This document shows positions 54,500 through 64,000 of a DNA stretch of 64,000 nt, one piece after another (positions within the stretch are counted from its first letter, which is position 1; the number at the start of each line of letters is the position of its first letter). The translations under genes were made by a program, and so were the position numbers. The stretch covers positions 248,001 through 312,000 of the forward strand of contig JAQGDQ010000044.1 in the NCBI GenBank assembly GCA_030141605.1, read 5' to 3'. Origin of the DNA: Tubiluchus corallicola (Eukaryota > Animalia > Priapulida). The notes beneath the pieces are model-generated. The model ran no database searches. It was not told the DNA's origin and was given only the letters and a program-made list of their open reading frames with translations.

Positions 54500-55900
54500 G
54501 AAAATATGTCCTTCAAGCTAAATCTAAGAAGATTACACTTTGGAGGCTGTGGAACCATACTAATCTGTGTAGTGCTCTTGCTGAGTATACCAGACAATTC
54601 CAGCAGGTAAGAATGTCTATTCGCCATGCAAGGATGAGGTACGAAAATAGACTTGCAAGTAGGTTGAACAAAAATGGCAAGGAATTCTTCAGGTATAGTA
54701 AATACTTCTTGAAGCCTTCCAACAGTATTAGTTGCATTAAAGGTGGTAACAATGATGTTGCTACTTGTCCTAAAAAGGTTGCTTCTACAATAAATGATGC
54801 TTTTTGTTCTTTCTTCACCCATGAGCTTGATGATAATGTCTTGCCTATTCCTTCTTCTGGCCGGAATGCTGATTCTCTGAATCACATTAATTTCAGTATT
54901 ATAGTGTATATGCTAAGCTTATTAAATTAACACCATTTAAGGCTACAGAGCCCGATGAAGTTCATGGCTTTATTTTGAAATCCTGTGCTCTCCAGCTTGC
55001 TCTCCCTCTTTTCCTGTTATTCCGTAAGTCTTTTGATTCTGGATTCCTCCCCCAATGTTGGTATAAGTGGTATCCCTCAAGGAACCTTGAGTGGCCAATA
55101 CTGCTTCCTTATTTTTATAAATGATATTACTGACTGTATTTCCCCAGGGACTAGCATCCCATTATTTGTTGATGATTTAAAGCCCTTTTGTCCAATTTGG
55201 GACAATCTTGATCGTTATATTTTACAACATGACTCGGATGAAATTTTAGACTGGTGCAGTAAATGGTTGATAACACTTAAACCCAGTAAATGTGCTCTAC
55301 TTAGAATATGGCTTAAATTCATTACACCTTGCCATCTAAATAATGCTCAAATAGCTGAAAAAAGTTGTATCAGAGACTTGGGAGTAATGATTTCTAATGA
55401 CCCCAAATGGAATTCCCATGTGAATTATATCATTACTAAGGCAGACTGTCATATTGGCATGATTAAGCGGTTTGTAATATCGAGAAATGCAGCAGTAACT
55501 ATTCCTCTCTATAAAGCTGTTGTTCGACCCATTCAGGAATACGCGTCGGTTGTATGGTCACCCCAGTATGTTACTCTCAGGAATGCTCTCGAAAGAACTC
55601 GGGATAGATGTACTCATCTTGCTATTGATTTGGATCCCGCTTCAATTTCTACTCTTACACCTTGTGAACTGCTTCAAAATAATTGGTGGAAATACTGTTC
55701 TGACTGAGGTAAACTTTTTTCCTGACTTCACAGAATCTTGGTCATGAGTCTAAGTTATTTGTGCAACCAGCTAGAACCAACATCAGATCACATTTCTTTG
55801 GGCATCCTGTAGTTCAACCATGGAATCATCTTCCATCATCAACCATCACTGCTTCATCAGTTGACAGTTTCAGAAGGGATATGAGAGAGAACCGTTTATT
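54500..55900 (+). mobile_element. Degenerate CR1/L2-clade LINE (RT pseudo-ORF2, frameshifted, internally deleted)
   Basis: Motifs SGIPQGTLSG..FLIFINDI, LFVDDLK (YADD equivalent), DWCSKWLITLKPSKC, RDLGVMIS, LYKAVVRPIQEYASVVWSP. Upstream N.KEFFRY and KA.EPDE motifs. Confidence 0.9.
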
Positions 55901-57746
55901 GATAGCTACCATCTAGGTCCTTATTTCTTTGGTTAAGGTATTCTCGGATAAGGTTGATGATGAAAGATAATTAACTCATGAGTGGCAACACTACTACGGT
56001 GCCTCTGACTTTTAGCTTATTTTATTAGGCTGTTTGGAAACTGATCGTAACGCATAAAGAAACGAGGAGTTGCGTGCTAACCTGCTTGTAAGTTTTTTTT
56101 TAACAAAAATTATTAATTAGAAAACAAATTTTTAAACTAGAATTTAGAAATAGAATAATTACTTTGAAAAATGCAAATCCAACCCACCTTTAATAGTGTG
56201 ACGTAAGTCAATAAGATACAAATGAAAGGTTTAGCAAACAAGGTTGGAACAACAAATTACTACTAAAAATAAATAACACTCAAATAGGCATTAAAAAACG
56301 AAAAAAGCATTACAATGTACAACAAAACCGTAGGCGACACAACCAACCAGACACATACAACGGACAAACAAAAGCTTTGCTTCTTGCGATCGTTTATCAA
56401 GAATGTGATCGATAACCATTTCCTAACGACGAAGGTTGATCGCGATCAGTTATTATTGTGTGATAGATAACTAGATTCAAAAGTCGCCAATAGATTTTCT
56501 ACTGACTCATTTGCTCTTTGCACAACATGTACCTATTTTTATCATTTTGGCGTTCAAGCTGTAATAATAATCAGAATAAGTACAGCACATAATCGGGAAT
56601 AACAATTATTTCTTTTAAAGCTACAAAAAAGATTACTGGCTAGTTGTACAAATATGGCTGTACGAGATAAGGTATTTCTTACCTGTAATATTATATTTTT
56701 GCATTATCAAGATCAAACACTCTCAAAATTAATCCTGGAATTACGAGTCTTTTAATCTTTTATTTCAAAGCACTTGCAATCTGAAATATGCTCAAGTAGA
56801 GAGGTTAATGAGCGAACCAGCTCATTACCAGCTCCAAGTATTATTTTAGTTTCAAAAATAAAAATGTGTTTTATAAAACAAAACAAGCTCACTGCTGCAG
56901 TACCTCAGTAACTAATGATAATGATGATAAATGTATGCTCTAGGGATTGCTCTTATTATTATTACTATTTGAGAAGCAACTAGACCAACATCGCATCGTG
57001 AGTTCATATGGGGATGGCATGTGCAAGTTTCTCAATAATCTGTTCAAAAATCTAAGGTACAGACGTGCAGATTGCCAAATGGTTTGCTCAGAGAAATATA
57101 AAAAATATTCGTCTGAAAATTTTGCTCTGTTGGATTACACCATGTTTGAAACAAAATGTAGCTTGTACGCCCATTATGGTTTAATTAATGAAGCATAAAT
57201 ATAATTACGCCAACTGTCATAGCATTTCAAGCAAACATCAATTTTTGGCCTTATAAGAAAATACACAGCAGTCTTATTACCAAATTAGTATATAGAGCAA
57301 GCCTTATTATCAAGTTCAGTAACGTGTATAATGATGTATCTATGCCATTTAGGTACTGCATGGAACGAAAATGATCCGAAAATGATCAATATAAATTCAC
57401 AATCAGGTCAGCCGATTCACTTTTCCTGCCATTAACAGATGCTGCAGCTCGACTTGCACACCATAAAATTTTACACAATTTACAGCTCTGTGTCCCCATC
57501 TGCTGCAAGTATTATTGAACAGAAAGTTCTATACCTTTCATTTTAACATAGTGCCCTATAGTCAACGAGTGTAAATAAGTCAGGCTAGATGGAACATATT
57601 GTGTTCAAAGAGGCACACAAAGCACATTGTATTTAAAGAGGCACACAATCATTAGACTATTTGACTCAGCCAAAACTACTATTTCGAAACTTTTACACTT
57701 TGAAGTGTGATTACATATAGATACATCCACATCTAAAATAAAAATA

Positions 57747-57853
57747 CAGACAAACCTCTTTATGCACGTCTGGGCATATAAAGATATTTTGCTTTGCCAG
57801 AAAAATGGGCGAGATTGGCATTATAAATGTGGTGTTATAACGAGGTTTGACAT
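57747..57853. mobile_element. pogo/Tigger-like MITE
   Basis: TA-CAGACAAACCTCTTTAT ... GTTATAACGAGGTTTGACA; same ends as 15008-15198. Confidence 0.6.
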
Positions 57854-59094
57854 ATCGAAAACAAACTAAACACATAATTTTGTAACTTCTAAATATGATT
57901 TTATTAGCAAAGTTATGAAATGTTGCTATTCTTGTTGTTGCTAAGAGAATTCGCAGTCAAACAAAAATCTTATACTGGAGCGTTTCAGAATTACAAAACG
58001 TTGGAAAAATTACTCTGGCATTAAAATCATTGCAGTACTCTCTGCAACTGTTCATATTATTTATAACTTTAGATTGTATGTATGGAGTCAAAAAAGCTCA
58101 TCTGTTCAAGTGTTGCAAGAGAACCCAAAAAGTGCAGATAACCTAAAAACAGAAAATTCCAGAAAGGAACTCTAATAAATTTGTATGAGCACATGAAAGT
58201 AAATTGGTAGACTACCATTTTGTAACAATTAAAGCATGCCAGGTTCAAACTGTTGCCAAGCTAACAATGCTCATAAAATAATTAATTTCAAAGAAGCTTA
58301 ATTAATGCCAAAACTGCTAGCAACTCAACCGACAAATGAAAGTGCATATTTAAACTAACAATAGAGTGCTCTTCTGCCGTTTGATGCTCAATTCTGCAGC
58401 CTATTTTCAAATGTGTGCAAAGTTCTGGAATTTGGGATGCTAATAACAGGATTTCTAAAGTTACATGTACTTTTCCCATAATGAGATAAAGTAAATTTTT
58501 ATACCATACAATTTTAAATTGCTCATGGGTCTGCAAAGCTATAAATCCAAATTTTTTCAGATATAAGCAGCTCTGCATAAACTGACTACGTTCAGTTAAA
58601 ATCATCATATTGAGGTTCTTATTAAAAGCATTGTCAGCTATCCAATAATGTTTTTTATAATTCAGCTGCTTTAAATGTTACAAAAACAGCATGTTGCCGA
58701 TTTTTACATAGAAATGCCTGTAGGCCACTACATGTACAAGACTTCCACCTAGCAATAATACAAATGTAGCTATTTACACGTAAAAAATGTTGACAATAGC
58801 TTCAAAACTTCATAGTAACTGTGATCCCTTAAAAATGTGTTACTATTGATTTAACAAATATCACCGAATAAGGTACCAACATTACAATGGCAAAAATAAA
58901 CATACCGGGTAAGTAAGCAGAATAAACCATGGAAAATTTCCACGAAAAGTGGAAATTTCCACAAAATTTGCATTTTAATAATTCTACATTAAAAAACTTC
59001 ATTCCCAGTTAACAATCAGTAAACCTCTATGCTAGGTTTTGATATAGAAAAATCACAAAGAAAATTATTAACACATTCAGAGTTATTTGTGATA

Positions 59095-59874
59095 TCACAC
59101 GCTATTTGTTCGGTTCTTGGCATTTATCAATGGCCGTGCCCACTCGACAAAATCATCAATCAGCACTGGCCAAGCACCCTCCTCATCGTAATTCCCCATG
59201 TCATCGGAGATGATGTTACTAAAGTCTAATAGCAGGTTCCACGTATCTTTTGGTATTGAGCATTTGTGATGCTCAGTAACGAATCTGCACCACAAGTCTA
59301 GGAACTTAAACCTGCCGGATAACACAATTTTCCAGTACGCTATCGCCATATCTAAGTCCACACCTTTCTGTCCATCGTTCTTGGCATAGTTAAATGTGAA
59401 GTTATAAAAGTCTTTAAACTTGAGCTGATCGCGCAACTCCAGCTCTAAGCTGGGAAGAACTTTTTTGAGTTTGTCAATACTATCACATCCAAGTTCTGTC
59501 ATCCCAGCGGTGAATTCATCGCGTGTGAAAATACACTGCGTATGAGCTTTGAATTTCCACGCAATAAGCAATACCTGCCGACTCTCTGGACTCAAACTCA
59601 AGTCTTCCAGGAATCTCATGATACCATCAGCCATCATCTTGTCGGTCTCACGGGGGTCCCTGTATTTATTAAATAAGTGCTCAACCTTTTTCTTGTCAAT
59701 GTTCGATTTTGGTTCCTTGTAGTAAATTTCTGGATTCTGGAAATAGTTGTCTGATGCGACATCTAGTTTCCAGTCAAACTGAGACAAACAATAAATGGCT
59801 GTTTTTTCACCGGTGTTCGTAAATGAGATGAATTGTCTCACTTTTTCTCTCTGTGAGGACTTCAATCGATGCAT
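59095..59874 (-). CDS. DCUN1D1: DCN1-like protein (neddylation co-E3; UBA-like plus PONY domain), 259 aa, intronless CDS
   Basis: Uninterrupted [18 protein letters not shown]...[15 protein letters not shown]...[12 protein letters not shown]...[12 protein letters not shown]...[10 protein letters not shown]...[17 protein letters not shown]. The true start is the ATG at 59874. Co-ortholog of vertebrate DCUN1D1/2. Confidence 0.95.
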   Translation of the reverse strand: MHRLKSSQREKVRQFISFTNTGEKTAIYCLSQFDWKLDVASDNYFQNPEIYYKEPKSNIDKKKVEHLFNKYRDPRETDKMMADGIMRFLEDLSLSPESRQVLLIAWKFKAHTQCIFTRDEFTAGMTELGCDSIDKLKKVLPSLELELRDQLKFKDFYNFTFNYAKNDGQKGVDLDMAIAYWKIVLSGRFKFLDLWCRFVTEHHKCSIPKDTWNLLLDFSNIISDDMGNYDEEGAWPVLIDDFVEWARPLINAKNRTNSV

Positions 59875-62800
59875 TGCTAGCAAAACTGGTCAAGACAATC
59901 AGCTAAAAAAGCATAACAAATTAGCCTTACACATAAACATAATCATAAACATATATATATATTCTATGGCAAATAATAAGCTACACACATCATGCTAAAT
60001 TATGCTACAACAATGAGAAAGACAGACAAAGTTGACATGCAAACTACAGATTGTATGACATATAAGTCTATCTTTCACATCAGTTCAATACTGTGAAATG
60101 TAAAAATAATTTTAGAAAGCCAGACTTCTGCAAACTGAGCTTCATGATAATATTTGCATTCTGTATGCAGTTAACTGCAGTTTCCATGAAAATTGGTCAG
60201 AACTGCAATTCAAGTGCAGCAACTGAAATAATAAAATTTGTAAATACCAAATTTAGCCAAGAAAAGAGGAACTACACTACATGGCAATAGGTTGCACTTT
60301 ATATAATAATTTGCACTAAAAGACCTTGAAAAAGAAGAAATGCAGCAAAAGATATGGCAATTACCATTATTATTGCATATATTTAAACAACTTTAGGACC
60401 AATAATCCTAACTGTTGGGAGCGGAGTAGGACATTAGCCGAAATAGGACAATTGGACACAGGCTAGACAGGTCATGAATTGAGTCGTAAACTGATATCTT
60501 TGTTGATTTAATAATAGTAAAAAATGTAAATGTCAATACATGTACGTTAAATAATTTATTATACATCTGATAAAATAAAATAATCTTATTCTGAGCTAGT
60601 AGAATGGCCAATAATAAATTTGGATTCGATATTAATCTTTTTGAAGTGAAATAAACCCACTTTTCAGGCAATTCCAACATTTGCTTAAAGTATATCTTTG
60701 TTTTTCGCTTCACAGACAGGTGATCAGTTTCACTTGTCTGTTTGGACAAATAATTGCTTTCTCTTTAAAGCATTAGATCCTTAGTTTAATGTTAATGAAG
60801 CTAATAATAATTATTGTAAAAAATACATTTGCAAATTCTCAAGGACTATCGGCCATTATTATAAAGTTATTTTTTTTCTAAAACAAATTTAGGTTTATGT
60901 TTTATTATGTCATAATTCTCTATACTCGACAGAAGTTGCCAGCGTCCTACTTGGGCTGCCCATGTACGACAATGCTTTCCCGCAAATTTAGCACATCCGC
61001 TTTAGCGGACGTATACTACTTCGGCTAGTGGCGTACTCCGTGCCATACACTAACACACCTTCAATGCTTTCTAAAAACTATTTCTAACAAGAGCAAAATT
61101 TACATAATCTGCCAATCTATGAATGTTCACCAGAATGCCACTTTTGACAAAAAAGAATGAAGTGGTACAGCATACTACAACTAGATATTAATTTTTAAGT
61201 CTAATAAATAAATAATAAGTAAATTAAAATTAGGATACCACTTATATATGTAAGCCAAAAAAACGTGAATAAAAGCCAAATTTAATGCTTAGTTCAAGAT
61301 AACAACATAGCTTTTTGTTTTGTGTAAAAGTGTTGCTAGAATTCCTTCTAGTAACTTTGCCTAAAACTAAAAAGATGGCTGATATGCCATATCCTTCTCT
61401 AGATTAAGTTAATTTAATTTTTTGTTTATGAATATTATACGGTATGATCACGGAAGATAAATAAACTTAATCTGAGTAAAAATAAATAAAAATAGAGCAA
61501 AATAAGGCAGAAATCTGCTCTGAATTTTCTGAAAAACGAATGAACAATATTTTTAGTTTGTTCGGGATGACAGCTTAGCAACTTCACTATTATTAATTTC
61601 TAAAATTTTATACAATGTAAATTTTCATTCATTTACGATTTTGAATTTTTAAGATCTCATATTCAAACAATTTGTTTTTTTTTAATTATCTCGTTTGTTA
61701 ATTTACACTTCATTGTGAGTTATTATTATTAAACTGCACATTTACATGCTACAGCGACAGATAGATTCAGTATATTAGTGAAAAAAGAAAATACAGTAAC
61801 TGACGTTCACAAAAAAACAAAAACTAGTAATACTGTGCGCCCAATTAGGCAGGTGTAATACTTTCTCAAAAAAATAACAGCGAAGTTTACTGCTTTCGTT
61901 CAACAGCACAAACAACAATATGCAAACTCTTTTATTATCAGGAATTGCGAATCACACCCATTTCTCTCGCGCTATCTCTTTTTCGAGTTGAATAAGAGAT
62001 TCCTTTTATACTGCAATGGATGGTCTCTTATGAAAGCATTGCATACTGCCAGCTATAAATGAATACACCAGAAGTGCTTAAACATCTCAGGACCTATTCT
62101 GCAGAACAGCTAGTATTGATGAGCCAAGAGAAATTTCTTGCAAATTAATTATTCAACGTTATGTTTAGTGTTTGATGTTTTTCTAGTTGTATTGCACATT
62201 GGAAGACAGCTTATTTTTGTAAACAAGTTTGCATCAATCCAAGCTAGAACCCTTGACCTTTGGGTGCTGGTATTCTTGCAATACCATACAGAATAGCACT
62301 GGCTCCAGAGTTCATTGAGAACAATTCTTTTTTCTCACTTCAGAATTCAAATGCAAAAATTACACATTTAATTATGAAATCACTATATAAAAAACTATTT
62401 ATTTGGCAATTGTTGTCACAACTATCTATTGAGTGAAGATAACTGCTGTTTTGCAATATTGTCAGTTAAAAAAGCCAAACAAATAAAAATCAAGTTAAAA
62501 ATATAATTATTTTTATAGTAACAAAGCATTTCACTTGACATTATAACAACACTTGTGCTTGTTATCAATATGCAGATACAGTAACACCCAGTATTTGTAA
62601 GTGATACAATTAATCCAGACCATTTCACAATTTGGCAAAAGTTGCATGTAATAAATCTTACTTGAAATAAAACCACATGAAAAGGAGACGAATGAACTGC
62701 ATTTCTAAAAATGCTCGGATAAACTTTTAGTATTAACCCAAACCTGCGAGCCCTGAATTTTAGTGCACAAATGTCAGAAAATTGCAAAAAAGATAATAGT

Positions 62801-63665
62801 GGCTGTGACAGTGTTATCGCACTACAACCTACAAAAGCAATGCTTTTTATAACATATCAGTAAAAAAACTTGGTGTATTTGAATCAATCCAGTGATTTTA
62901 TACAAAAAAAACAGTGGTATTCTCCATTCTGCTGCTTATGTTATTACAAACCATTCACTGCAGTCACTGGTAATCTATAAGATTCTAAATTATTTGAAAT
63001 AAGTTATAAACACATGGTAAAAATATAGACAGGATGCAAATGTGAGTCCAAATAGCCACAATTACATCATCCATCAATAATGATAATGAAAGAAGAATAA
63101 ACAATTTAAAAACAGCAACATATTTTGATGCAAATTTTGGTTTTTATACAGTGCTGCCTCTACCAGGCTTTAGCGGGTGAGACAGAGTTTACAAATTGAA
63201 TGCAGACGCGGTAGCATGCAAACTGCACAATGCATTACTTAGCAATACAATTTCAGCGATTAGACATTGCAACAACCTCAACAAATTTGAATGAAAGAAC
63301 ACACTAGTAAATAGGTTTGCAAATTAATTAAAAAACGGCTCGTAGAAAGTGGCGGTGGCTTTGTATAACATGATGTAGCGCCTCTACCCGAGAAAGTTTC
63401 ACACCCAAAATTTTCAAAAGCCGCTGACATACATGTGATTCGGAGTATATTAGCAGCTTGCTTCACACACATGTTCCTGGATCACGTTCACATCAAGTAT
63501 AAGTTGTAAATACCGCAGCCCCTCATTAGCACAGTAGACAACTGACTGTGTGAAACTCATGATTAAAATGGCTGCAATCACTAAACAATGTTTTCCAGCA
63601 ATTTGAAGACCACGTTGGGTTGCCAGTCACACAGTCATGGCAGCAGTAACACCTGGCTGGCATAA

Positions 63666-63777
63666 TTATGAAAGATTTTGAGGCGGAATTGAAGAATCGT
63701 CCTTGCTCTCTAGCGAAAATGGTGGTATTTTACAATCAAATGTGTACCCGTCCTGCCTCTCCATTCTAAATGTGCCC
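63666..63777 (-). CDS. POLDIP2: Last coding exon of polymerase delta-interacting protein 2 (ApaG domain end); gene continues beyond the window
   Basis: Acceptor TTTTCAG, then (W)GTFRMERQDGYTFDCKIPPFSLESKDDSSIPPQNLS*, matching the recalled POLDIP2 C-terminus WGTFRFERPDG..FD.RIPPFSLES. Not in the ORF track because it is short. Confidence 0.88.
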
Positions 63778-64000
63778 CTGAAAATACCAAAACAATGTGA
63801 TAACAAACAGACCAGTTTGTTGACTTATATGTTAAAATAATTTTCTATTTGAAGAAGTTAAGCTCTTCTTGAAAAAATGTAACCACTACAAAATTAGCTG
63901 CTAAATCAAAATAGCAATTAGAAGTAGTAAATGGATAATGCTTATTTCAAGATTATTAGTTTAAATTCCTTTGTCACCTTCTCTTATATCTGCTAGTTTT

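Overview
AT-rich invertebrate animal (probably protostome) genomic DNA with intron-rich genes; not prokaryotic. I assembled these genes by hand from splice sites and reading frames. (1) 3' part of a Mondo/MLXIP-ChREBP bHLH-ZIP gene (+). (2) A short C2H2 zinc-finger ORF (+). (3) Complete ZSWIM7/SWS1 (-), head-to-head with (4) complete mitochondrial EF-Tu TUFM (+). (5) Complete SMARCE1/BAF57 CDS (-). (6) DCN1/DCUN1D1-2 with an intronless CDS (-). (7) The last coding exon of POLDIP2 (-). Introns and intergenic DNA carry MITEs (pogo/Tigger-like TA, hAT-like, TTAA-flanked), LINE remnants, mini- and microsatellites. The most notable signals are a U12-type intron in Mondo, a TUFM splice acceptor amplified into a tandem array of CAG|GT copies, the intronless DCN1 CDS, ZSWIM7 microexons with an extra intron filled by a 34-bp minisatellite, and a compact bidirectional promoter. 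I see no convincing evidence of a wholly new biological system. Gene identities rest on recalled protein-family sequences, not on database searches.
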